NCBI RefSeq assembly: GCF_009914755.1
Contig: NC_060925.1
Reading direction: 5' to 3' (one strand)
Source of the DNA: the human T2T-CHM13v2.0 reference genome, Homo sapiens
Length of the DNA: 64,000 nucleotides
A program made the translations under genes and the position numbers. This document shows positions 1-15,355 of the stretch, piece after piece. The stretch's first letter is position 1. Each line of letters starts with the position of its first letter. The notes beneath the pieces are model-generated. The model was given only the letters and a program-made list of their open reading frames with translations, had not been told where the DNA came from and searched no databases.

Positions 1-379
1 CAGCACAACCCATGGTGTCTTGGAGCAGGGCTTGGTAAGGGTAGTCCTTGCCCCTGCCTGTCATCTCCAGGGATGTCTTACAGGTAGATAGAAACCACAA
101 CTGTGTTTGGGTGGGCGGGGGAGGGGCAGGGGAGTGAAGGGACAAGCCTCTTGCCTATCTCCAAGCCAGGTACCTAGTGAGTTGTAGGGGCAGCCACAGG
201 AAGGGAAGAAGCATCAGCCTCCCAGCATGGCATGACACGCAGGTTTGGTGGCTGGCATGGTGGAACCTGGTAGCCAGTGGACGCCCACTGCTGAGTCATA
301 GTCTGGGGCCCCTGGCACCTCTGAAGGTTTATACTTACCTGTAATTTTTCCTGGTACTGGAGGAAGTGTGACATTAAAT

Positions 380-548
380 AGTAAATAAAAGGCAGCATGG
401 CAAGTGGAGACAAAAACTACTGAAGAAAGGGAAAAGTTTCCTAATTTATAATAGTACGTTTAATGACATTGTCTTCCTGCTTTTTGAACAGTACTACTCC
501 CAGCTTTTCATTTTGCACTGAGCCCCTCTAATTATGCTGCAGGTCCTG
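380..548. mobile_element. Probable MER91-like hAT DNA transposon remnant
   Basis: tgctttttgaaca...ttttcattttgcactgagcccctctaattatg resembles the remembered MER91 end; boundaries uncertain. Confidence 0.4.
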
Positions 549-1489
549 TCTAGTGCAGTAGAGATTCTTAACTCACTCCCGGCCTCCAATTCCTCCTCAT
601 CAACTTTAGCCTTCGCTCTGCTGCCAGAGTGGTCTCTAAAATCTAAACTCCATCATTACTTGGGCCTCCCTTGCTTAATGTCTTTTAGCTCTCTACGATT
701 CCATGCCCATGAACAAGACTAGTTTCATACATTTTATTTGGCCTGCTCAGTGGTTTCTTCCTCCTCTCTCTTCCTTTCCCCTCTTCTTTCCCTTCATTTG
801 AATGTCTTCAGACAGAACTACCTTTTACTTCAAAAACTGTCAGTCGCCCGCTGAAGGCTTTTGAGTTGAACTTGTGTTACAGGATGATAAAACCAAAGTT
901 AAATTGGCACTGAGAGCTTTCATTGTCTAATTTTGTACTGCCTTTCCAGACTCATTTCCTAACGCTCAGTATCCTCATTTTCACCCCCAACTCTCTTCAG
1001 TCCTGAGTTCCATCTTTAACAAATCTGAGAGTTCCCCAAACAAGTTTTCTCAGGTCTCCTTACACATTTCTGCCCAGGAAGTCTACCTTCCATCCTTGCT
1101 AAAAGTATTCTCATCCATTAAGACTCAATTCCAGTGTTTCGTTACCTCTTCTAGGCAGCATTAACCTTGGCCGTCTCTGTCCTTCCACGGGAGTGTATAT
1201 TATCCATTATAGCACCGACACTATTATATTGTAGGGTTGCCTTCCCTAGTCTGTGATATTCTAGTTGGTGATCTCCAGAATAGGTTGTGTATACTTCAGA
1301 GGATACACAGACAATTCATTTGGGGTGCAGAAAGAAAATATTAAATGTTTGATATTTTAAAAAAATTTTTGCTCTTTAAAAGTTTTATGTTATTGAATAT
1401 TTTACAGTCATATATCAGAAAATCATATTTTATAAGTATATTTTATTAGGAAGGCACACTCAACAATATTTTATTCATTTCATAGTCAA

Positions 1490-1808
<319 letters not shown>

Positions 1809-2234
1809 TAGAAACCACTCTTCTAGAAGACAAGAACTATATCTTATTCATCTCATAACTTCAGCACTGACCTTTTATTTTTCCTAATCTGTTTATGAAA
1901 ACTGATTTAATATATGGGTGATATTCTTGATTACCCAAAGTATGCACGTTGCAAAGACATTGACCTCTTATGCCATAGTTTCTTCATCATTAGTTGGTAG
2001 TTTTTAATTAATCAACATTGTGTACTGGTTTTTATAAAGGGTCTACAATAAATCTATTAAGTGAAATAGAATTAAGAAGGGTGGAATTTAGTGAGTAGGA
2101 AGAATTTCTGTGGAAGTCCTGTGAGAATAATGATAGAGAAACTCATGGGGAGTATCTTAGTTTGCTTCTCATTTAAGGTATAATTGAATGTGTAAGAATG
2201 TGTTCTGCCTGTCAACTCTTTAAAAGTTCCATGG

Positions 2235-2420
2235 GGCTGGGCCTGGTGGTACATGCCAGTAGTTCCAAGCTATTTGGGAGCCTGAGGCAAGAGGTTCACT
2301 TGAGCCCAGGAGTTTCAGGCCGTAGTGCGGATGATTGTTCTGTGAATAGCCACTGAACTCCAGCTTGGGCAACGTAGTGAGACCCCATCTCTAAAAAATA
2401 CTAATACTAATAATAAATAA
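2235..2420 (+). mobile_element. FAM (fossil Alu monomer)
   Basis: Monomer retaining the 7SL-like segment tgtgaatagccactg...gggcaacgtagtgagacccc, followed by an A-rich tail. Confidence 0.8.
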
Positions 2421-2875
2421 ATTAAAGGTAAATGGGGAGAAAAGACAATACAGTCAACAGAAGTGAAGGTGAAAACCTGATGATCTGTCCTAGCTACCTG
2501 GGCTTATATGTTATGCAGTCAGTGAGACTGTTACTCGGAAACTTTTTCATTAAAATAAGGTGGTTACAGTTTAAAAAGGCCCTGAGCTTTTCTGATCATA
2601 AGATTTAGGGCCCGCGTCACCCTGTCTTTTTAACTCTGTGAGAGTACCAGAACAAAGATTTCATATTATTAACTTTGAAGGATTTGTACCTAGAATAGGC
2701 AAAGGAATGATAAGAGAACTGTATTTTTTACCGTTCTTCAACTAGCATCTCACTTGTATGATCAAGAGCAAATTGTTTGACTTCCTCTAACACCTATGAT
2801 TTCTTTTCTGTAGTAATGAAATATTACACAAATATTTTAAGATCTTTGGAAGTTTGCAGATAAAAAGATACTATA

Positions 2876-3156
<281 letters not shown>

Positions 3157-4686
3157 GGACCAACATATATATTATATATAGTAAGGACCAATTTGTTAAT
3201 ATTTTGGTGCCAAATTTACAATGGAAAAACTGTTTGCAGTATTACAAACAGTATAGTTAGGAAATAGCCTCTAGAAGTAATAAAATAAGTCTAATACAAT
3301 CTTTTCAGTAATGTATTTCCCCACTTCTTTCCCCCTTCATTTTATCCTTAGGAAAAAACAAATCCATCCTGATAGACGTTAGTAAAGAGTAATTACATTG
3401 TTTCACATTATACCTTTTGCTCATGACCATCCATAATGTGGATTTTTGGTACATTTTGTTTCAACAGAGGCAGTAAGAATTTTATCTTTTTCAATAACTA
3501 ATAGGCTCAAAAGCCCCCCTCCATCTCTGATGCTGTTATTCTTAGAGTCCTAGAAATGAGAGATGGAAAACTTCAATTAAATTCATCTAGTCCGTCTCCC
3601 CTGACAATGAAAAAAAATAGTATTTCACATTATATTATCTAATGCTTTTTCAGGCCTTCCATGATAACCTCTGAGAGACTGTCCAATAGGCTAATAGACC
3701 TCACTTTGAGGTCTTCATTTTGACCCATCATTTCTCATTATTATATTCCTTAAAGCCATCATCCTCAATATTCATACTTTGTGAACTTGAATGAGATTAG
3801 CACAGTCTCTGTTAGTCATAAGAAAATCAACATACTATATAGAGTATGTATGACATTCAATTTACAATAAAATTTAAAAAAAATCAGTATACGCCTCATT
3901 AACAGGAACTGAAGTGTTCTACAGAAGTGAATTTTCCAGATACTAAACTTTTCTTCCTTAACCACCAGATTTAGTTTGGTTTTAATAATTTTGAGGGGGT
4001 TTTCCCTCCTATGTGTTATTTCCGTACTTTCTTGAGTGAATTCAACTTTTCTTAATAATTCACATTAATCATTATCAGCATTCTGCAAATACGTATTAAG
4101 TAGCCCACTGTATGCTAAGCATTACAGAAATATGAAGATGAGCTCAATGTGTTTGTTTTCTGTTTGCCTTCAGGAGTTAAGATTCATAGGGAATATAAAA
4201 TAGGAACAGAATTAATTATAGGTCAAGGTAGGGGAAAACAGTAGTATAAATAAAAAGTTTAGATAATCAGAAGTGGGAGAGACTAAGTCCTATTAGAGTA
4301 ATCAGGAATGGTTTCCTCAAGAATTGGTACTTGAAATAAATGATATAAGGACAACTGAGTAACCATGTGGAAAAAGATAATATTAGATGTGTATCTCATA
4401 CCTTACACAAGAGTAAACTCCAAATGGATTAGGGATCTAAAATGTGAAAAAAAAGCATACCTAGTCGGAAACATGGATGAATTCTCTAACCTTAATGCAG
4501 GGAAAAACTTTCTATGATGGTTACTGAAAAGCCAGAGGCAATTTTTTAAAAATAGATTGATAAATTTGATTGTACAAAAGAAAGTTTTTTAATAATTGCG
4601 TGACAAAAAAATAAAAAAATTAAAGTTAAAAGACAACCAATGAATCAATTGAGAGAAAATATTTACAACATGTAGGAAACTATTAA

Positions 4687-5722
<1,036 letters not shown>

Positions 5723-6070
5723 GAGAAATGCACATTTTAAAACAACATAGAAATATTATTTCACCTTTCAGTCTGACAGACTATAAAGGATGACAACGAA
5801 TTCAGTTGGCAAGGTTGTGGGAAACAGACACTCTCATACATTGTTGAAGGGAAGGCAAACTGGTACAACCCTTCTACAGGGGATTTGGCAAGATTACATA
5901 TACACTTACCTTTTGACCCAGCATCCCATTTCTAGGAATCCAACCTGAAGATACATTTCCACCATTATGAAAACACATATGCACAAAGTTATTTATGCAG
6001 CATTGTTTTTTAATTGCAAAATATTGTAAACAGCCTATATGCACATTCATAAGAGGGTGACTAAACTATA

Positions 6071-6539
6071 TGTAGAGAGTAGAATAGTGGTTCCTCCCCC
6101 ATCTCCCAAGATGTCCACATCCTAATACATGGAAATTGTGAATATGCTATCTTATGTGGCAAAAGGGACTTTTGTAGATAGGATTAAGGCTAAGGACCTT
6201 GAGATAGGAAGATTATCCTAAATTATCCAGATGGATCCAGTCAGATCACGAGACTTTAAAAGCTGAAAAGCTTTCATAGAGATGCAACATTGCTGGCTTT
6301 GAAGATGGAGGAAAGGCCATGAGCCAAGGAATGTGGGTGGCCTTTAGAAGCTTGAAAAGGCATAAGACAGATTCTCCCCTAGAGCCTTCAGAAAGGAATG
6401 CAGACCTGCTGACACTTTGATTTTAGCCAGATGAGACCTGTGTTGGACTTCTGATCGATAGAACTGTAAGATAATAAATTTGTACTGTTTAAACCACATT
6501 TGTTTTAATTTGTTATAATGGCAGTTGAAAACTAATACA
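6071..6539 (+). mobile_element. MLT1 (MaLR) solo LTR, MLT1D-like
   Basis: TG...CA ends; aagatgtccacatcctaat, ggattaaggctaaggaccttgagat, gaactgtaagataataaatttgt, aaactaataca. Confidence 0.85.
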
Positions 6540-6839
6540 GTGGAAAACTGGTGAATTTAGAATTAGGGCTGTGTTTAGGTGAGTATAGTACCTATGTTAA
6601 TTTCTTAGTTTTCATAATCATACTATGGTTATATAAGATAATAACATTAGGGGAAGCTGGGCAAAGGAAAACTCTGTACTATTTTTCCAAATTTTTTGTA
6701 CATCTAAAATTACTTCATATCTAGAGGAAAAATAACTAAGGATTCCTTCCCTCCTCAGTGTCCTTTCCCCACTCTACCTCATTAACATCCCCTTAAAAAG
6801 TTGCCATGTCGTCTTGTTATTTGTGAATTTCCAACCAAG

Positions 6840-7325
6840 CTTTTAACTCAGTGGTTTCCAAACCATATGTCCACATAAAGACTTGTTCATAAATGTTTAT
6901 GGCAACTTTATTCTTAATATCCCAAAACTGGAAATAACTCGAACGTCCATGAGTTGACAAATGGTTAAACAATTGTTGGTGTACCCATACAGTGGAATAA
7001 AAAGGAGCAAACTGTACATGCAACAGCATGCATAAATTTCAAAAACATTATGCTAAGTGAAGAAAGACTACATACTGCATAAATCCATTTATGTGACATT
7101 GTGGAAAAGATAAAACTATAGGAACAAGTCATATTAGTGGTTTCCAGGGGCTGAGGGTGAGAGGAAGGGATTGACTGACTACAGAAAGGCATGAAGACAT
7201 TTTTGGGGTGATAGAAATGTTCCATATCTCACTTGTATTGGTACAGCATACATTTATCAAAACTTGTCAAGCTGTACATTGAAAAATATTGACTTGTTTT
7301 TTGTAAATTACACCTCAAACCTGTT
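6840..7325 (+). mobile_element. Old L1ME/MB 3'UTR fragment
   Basis: cccaaaactggaaataactc; aaaacattatgctaagtgaagaaagac; agtggtttccaggggctgag. Confidence 0.7.
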
Positions 7326-9544
7326 TTAAAAGAAATGTTTTAAAACAAAATACATAAAAAGTTGGACATAAAAGGTTTGAAATAATATAACAAGAAGGTA
7401 ATAAAAATCTGACATGACAGATTCATGAAAATGAATCTCTAAGAATGTAATTAGTTAATAAAGTATGCTAGATATCTTCCATTGGTCCCTCTAGCAGATC
7501 TTAACATGTCAATATGTGTTTTAACATGTTATAATGTAATACCTGTAATATAATATGTATTTTATATTTTAATATAATAATTATACATAATGTAGCATAA
7601 TGACATTAATGTGTCAACATCAATTAGATCTGATTAATGGATATGTGTTTATTAATTTCTGTGCTTTGTATGTTTAAAAGTTTCATAATGAAAGTTTTAG
7701 TTTGCTTAATAAAAAAATCACATTGAATTGAATGCTTGTTAAAAATGTAGATCACTGTGCCCCAATCCCAAAGATTCCGATATATCAGATCTGTGCTAGA
7801 AGAACAATTGTGATTTATGACAGAACCTTTTCTCTTTCCTTTTGATGCTTAAATTTGAAAAACAAAAACAAAAAACCTACTAGAGGATAAACTACCCATA
7901 CTACAACTAAACTATAATGCACTTTGCAACTATTTCTTGTTTTGTTATTCTTGTCATCTACAGTCTCCCTTCCTGTTTGGACTTCCAAATAACTGGAAGA
8001 TAAACTTAAGTAAAATATAAAGACTAGAAAGTAAACTTGAACGTTTTCAGTTAGTCTTCTCCTTTTTCCTTGTTAATTTTTTAGAATTACGTTTTAGTCA
8101 ACATTTAGTGAATATCTACAAGTTCCTAAGTTATATTGAGAGCAAGGAAGGGAATTATTTATAGATGACACAGCTTTTTTTCTCAGGTATTTACAATCCA
8201 TGATAAAACAAATATGTAAAATACATAGAGATTTTAATTTACTAATAAACTAAAACTTGAAAAGCAAGAATGAAAACAATTCTCACCTGGGTCCTTTCTA
8301 GTTGACAGGGTGGCATTTTCTTACTGTGAATCAGGTAACATTTTGAGAAATTGCCATTTAAAAATAGTTAATCACTTAGAATTGCTGTAACATTGTCCTT
8401 AATCCCTTGTGTGGTCACTGATGTGAAAAAGTCTCAAGCAGAATTAAAGCAGGGTTTTGTTGCACATCCCTACATTTTTCATGTGAAAGGTGATGACATG
8501 TTTCCCTGTCTCCGCTTCTCCCTGTCTTAAGGGAACGCAGCAGTGCTAGGATGCTGGCAAGGCATTGTCCCTTATTACCCCCACGGAGGCTTCTGAGAGC
8601 AGTTGCATAGCAGCAGTTTTATTTCAGTTACCACTCATTCACAGCTAGCCGAGTTCAGTCTTCAGGGAATACTCCAATTTGCAGGTGGCCAACAACTTTA
8701 GTTATCATTGTCTTAACATTTACCAAGCTCCAGAGAAAGGCAATAGTTGGCTTTTTCTTTCATTGACTGTTGCTAATTTTAAGCCTTATTTTGAAAGAAA
8801 ATAATGAATACCAACTAATTAAATTATCTTAGTTGTATCAATTGCTATGACAATGTACCTTTTTTAAAAAAATAATGAGCTTTTTACTATTTTTAAGACT
8901 TGTAAATGGTAGCAACAGCATTTGAAAAAATTGGATAGAGTAGGATTTGTTTTGAGTGTTTGATTAGTATGCTTTCAGATTAGGTTGGTGTCAGAAGGAT
9001 GAAATCAGTTTATTTACATTCTTTCTTTCCTTTGTTTCCATTTAGACTGGAACATCATTCACACTCTTCACATTTTTATAAGGCATGGATATCATAACTG
9101 TGAAAGAGAAAAAAGCATTTTCCTCTTGGTATCCATCTATTTTTAAATTTTATATTTGGATTTTTTTATTTTATACTCAGTGACCACAGAATCAGTTACA
9201 TATAAAAGCCATTTCAATAAGGTTTTGATTTTACTTTAGTTTAATTATATAGCTAGGAATCCTAGGGGCAAATTCTTGTAAGTCAAATGCCACAATAGTA
9301 GTTTTTTTGTTTTTTAGGTTTTTTGTTGTTGTTGTTTGGTTGGTTTTTTTTTGTTTTTTGTTTTTTGTTTTGCTTCTCTTTTTTTTCCTCATATTTTGAA
9401 TTGTCATATTACATTTCTGGCTGTTTATGATACATAATTCTATAATAAGGTATGTGTAGAAGTTACATATAATACATATGGGGAAAATAAGTTATGTTAT
9501 AGTACTTAAAGTATTTGATGTGGAATTAGAATGTCAAGAATTCA

Positions 9545-9650
9545 TATAGCACAGTGGTTAAAAAGGAAGGGTTCCGGTGTGAGGCTACCTAGGCTCAAAG
9601 TTCTCCTCTGCCATTTAGCATCTATGTGACCTTGGGAAAGTCATATATCT
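9545..9650 (+). mobile_element. MIR fragment
   Basis: tatagcacagtggttaa...tgtgaccttgggaaagtca core. Confidence 0.7.
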
Positions 9651-9652
9651 TC

Positions 9653-9954
9653 TGTATTAGTCTGTTTTCACACTACTGTAAAGAACTACCTGAGACTGGG
9701 TAATTTATGAAGAGAGAGGTTTGACTCACAGTTCCACAGCCTTAACAGGAAGCATGACTAGGAGGCCTCAGGAAATTTACAGTTATAGCGGAAGGAGAAG
9801 AAGGACCTTCTTCACATGGAGGCAAGAGAGAGCAAGCGGGGAACTGCCATACTTTTAGGCCATGGGAGGTGGTTGGAGAAGATTGCATCATGGGAGAGGA
9901 TTTCCCCTATGCTGTTCTCATGATAGTGAGTGAGTGAGTTCTCAGATGATCTGA
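9653..9954 (-). mobile_element. MaLR LTR (THE1D/MSTA-like), truncated and internally inverted
   Basis: tgtattagtctgttttcacac...ctgagactgggtaatttat...gaggcctcagga in reverse orientation to 9857, then forward-orientation LTR sequence. Confidence 0.85.
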
Positions 9955-11060
9955 GGACACACTGCATATGATTTTTCAGTTCTGAAAGCAATTTTTGAGC
10001 CCCTACTAAATACCAGATATCAGACCTGCCCTGGGAACACAAAGCTTGCAGGGTTTAGTGAGGATGACACATAAGTGGGCATACACTGTGCTAGATGTAA
10101 GGCTAGCTCTCTATAAAGCACAGTGGAGGGGCACGTAATCTAGGGCAGGGTCAGGTCATGTCAAAAAAGACACCCTAGAAGAGATCATTCCTAAGCGGTA
10201 TCAAAAAGGATGATTCAGCCAGGGAGAAGGAAGAGAATATGAGCAGTGGTAAACATGCATGGTGAATATAGAGAATTACAGGTATTTCAAGTTAGTGGAG
10301 GATAAAGTATGAAGTGGAATGACCAGGGATCAGCTGGAATGGTAAGTCGTTACCAGATGATACTATATCTTATAGGCAGAACTCTTACCAGGGCCATGCC
10401 TAGCTGCTTTTAGGTACCTTTGGGTTAATTATCCATCCCTTGACCAGTCATATGGATCCAGGGCAGAAAGATTGCATGGCACAAAGCATAGTGACCTGAA
10501 TATGTAAGCAGTTGCTCAGAAGCAGGCAATGGGCAACTGGGCATGACATGTACTTTGTTGTTTCTCAGAAGAGGATAATGTGGGAAGACTCAGTACATGG
10601 TTGGTCCAGGATGGAGGGATAGTAGAAGCCAAGCCAAGCTTGAAAACAGTGAATTTGTTGTGGTTTCATCCGGTACAGCTATGTGGTCTTCCTAAAGAGC
10701 TTCGTCATGGCACCAGGAAGATTGACTTAAATATTGTTTTAATTGTTATTTTGGATAGCTAATCATTAAGAAAATGGAGGGTGTTGGTAATTGAATAGCA
10801 TCAGATGATTAGCTGTGGAATCTAGGGAGAAGGAAAAGAGAGCAGGAAAAAACAAGGGACAGGGAGAAAATGAGGTGGTCCAGAAAGTGAAGGTTTCTGT
10901 TAGGTTGAAGAGTAGATTAATGTGGAGAAAGAGATATATGAAAGACATGTGATTAGGGAGGAAATCAGAGAAAAAAATATTACTGTTTAAGATGTCTGAG
11001 ATGGAGGATCTCTGAATGATGATAAGATCTAGTGTGTAGATATAAGAGTGGGTGGCTGAA

Positions 11061-12811
<1,751 letters not shown>

Positions 12812-13682
12812 GAGTAGGTGGCTGAAGGGGAGGATACTGAGTAATGGAGTCAAGGAATTATGAAGCTAGGGTACTAGACATCACTATTTGGTTATTTTCT
12901 AGCATGGTGTTAAGAGTCAGAAAAATATTACAAGCTAGGGGCTAAAGTTCTTAATGAATAAAGGAAAGTGAAAGAGAGATTGAAACATGAGAGCAGCAAA
13001 GAGAGATGAAGAATGCTAAATCAAGATGGTATGTACCTTAAAAAATATGCATTTACTCCAAACCATGATTTTATGGACTATTGATTTGGAAACAGTCATG
13101 GTAAGCTAGGTAAAGTCCAGCTACCTCTTCCTGGGTACCACTGAATATTGGGTAATGGAGAATGAAAAAACTTCAACTAAATAGAGCTGTGAGAGAAACC
13201 ATTTCTCAGGTTAAAACTATGCTTCATTTACATCAAGGAGGTGACCACAAAATTTTGAAAGGTTTCACTACCTCCCTGAAGTATTACTGCCCACTCTGTG
13301 CAATCTTAACCTTTTCCTTATCTGTGTTCCTAAATCAGCCATGATTTCATGTATGTATTTATCAAGGACTTACTAAAGTTTAAACATTGTGGTTGATGTT
13401 AAGGTAAATATAACATTATGCCATCCCCTCGAAAGTTTAAATGCAAGACTTCTTGTTTTCAGATAGGAAAACCTCAACTGTAATTTATGAAATGCTGGAG
13501 GCTTAGTGTGGCCAAGTTTGAGAGATAAAAACTGTAGGGGTATTCATTAATGGGGAGGCCACAATTTTTAAAAATTTTACCTCCTAGAGTCCTACCAGGT
13601 TCTCACAGTGAATATCTGAGAAAATTCCCCTCATTTTTCCAGCAGGGAGAAGGGAAAGGAGGCATTTTGAAATGCATCAGAG

Positions 13683-13992
13683 CTTTCTTTCTCTTTCTTT
13701 TTCTTTCTTTCTTTCTTTTTCTTTCTTTCTCTTTCTTTCTTTCTTTTCTCTTTCTTTCCTTCCTTCCTTCCTTCCGTCTGTCCATCCGTCTGTCTGTCTT
13801 TTCTTCAGAGTCTTGCTCTGTCTCCCAGGCTGGAGGGCAGTGGCACGATCTCCGGCTAATTTTTGTATGTTTTGTAGAGATGGGGTTTTGCCATGTTGGC
13901 CAGGCTGGTCTCAAACTCCTGACCTCAGGTGATCCGCCTGCCTCAGCCTCCCAAAGTGCTGGGATTACAGGCATGAGCCACCACACCTGGCC
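13683..13992 (-). mobile_element. Alu with a right-arm deletion and a tail expanded into a (CTTT)/(CCTT)/(CTGT) microsatellite
   Basis: gcacgatctc joins directly to cggctaatttttg; simple repeat at 13683-13805. Confidence 0.9.
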
Positions 13993-13999
13993 CGTTCTG

Positions 14000-15350
14000 T
14001 TTTTCTTAACAAGGTCTGCTCTCAGAAGAAACTAATCAGAGCCTAACTGATCAGAAGGAAGGGAAATACCCAATTCCAGCACTCTCTAGCCATCCCCTTC
14101 CACCTAAGTGGGGTGGGTGGGGTGAGGGGCACTGAGCAGCACTTATGAAGTTCACAGTCCAGAAACACAGACTCATTAAAAGACTGAGATCTAATAGGAC
14201 TTCAGAATGTTTTCCCCCACCTTACTACTACATGACTAAAGGCTGGTTTACTGCAGTTCCTCTCACCTGGTACCTAGTTTTAGCATATCCTCTCACCTAG
14301 TATTTAGCATATCCAGCTAGCAAGAAAATAATTACAGAACATACTAAAAGGCAGAAAACACAGTTTAAAGAGACAGGGCAAGCATCAGAACCATCCTCAG
14401 AGCAAGCATCAGAACCAGCCTCAGAAAATATTGAAATTATCAGATCGGAAACTTAAAACAATTATGATAAATGTACTAAGGGCTCTAATGGATAAAGCAG
14501 ATAGCATGCAAGAACAGATGGACAATGTAAGAAGAGAGATAGAAATTATAAAAAAGAACCAAAAGGGAATGCTGGAAATCAAAAACACTGTAGCAGAAAT
14601 GAAGAATGCCTTTTATGGGCATATTAGTAGACAGGACACAATTGAGGAAAGAATTTCTGAGCTTGAGGACACCTCAGTAGAAAGTGGCAAGACTGAAAAG
14701 CAAAGAAAAAAAAGACTGCAGAAAAAACAAAAACAGAACAGACCCAGAGGAACCTTAGGTACATATTACTAAGTGAAACAAGCCAGTCTAAAAAGGCTGC
14801 AGTATGATTCCAACCACAGATGCTCCTTGACTTACAATAGGGTTATGTCCAAATAAACCCATCATAAGTCAAAAATATCCTAAATTGAAAAGTATTTAAC
14901 GTCCTGATAAACCTATCATAAATCAAAAAATTGTTCAAACCATCTTAAATGGGGGACTATCAATGTATGACATTCTAGAAAAGGTAAAACTATGGAATCA
15001 GTGAAAAGATCACTGTTTGCCAGGGGTTGGAGTGTGGGAGGTACTGAGGGATGAATAGGCAGAGCACAGAGGATTTTGAGTAGTAAATATACTCTGCATA
15101 ATACTATAATTGTGGATACATATCACCATGCATTTGTCCAAACCCATAGAATGCACAACACCAATAACAAACCCTAAAGTAAACTATGGAATATGGGTGA
15201 TGATGATGTCAATGTAGATTCGTCAGTTGTGACAAATATTCCAGTTTGGTAGGGCATGTTGGTGGGAGTGGCTATGCATGTGTAGAGGGAAGGGGAGGAA
15301 CATTGGAAATCTTTATATCTTCTACTCAGTTTTGCTGTGAATCTAGAACT
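14000..15350 (+). mobile_element. L1MC-like element: 5'/ORF1 part joined to 3'UTR
   Basis: ORF 14431..14772 resembles the L1 ORF1p coiled coil (NQKGMLEIKNTVAEMKNAF...EERISELED); L1MC 3'UTR motifs follow from ~14745. Confidence 0.75.
14817..14964. mobile_element. MER47/Tigger5-like DNA transposon inserted in the L1
   Basis: Starts cagatgctccttgacttacaatagggttatgtccaaataaacccatc, resembling the remembered MER47 terminus. Confidence 0.65.
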
Positions 15351-15355
15351 AAGTT

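Noticed and set aside
2235-2420. 7SL RNA gene
   Set aside because: Lacks the S domain and is diverged with an A tail; it is a FAM monomer.
14260-14425. Short direct repeats resembling an array
   Set aside because: Two-copy slippage duplications inside an L1; no repeat-spacer array and the context is eukaryotic, so not CRISPR.
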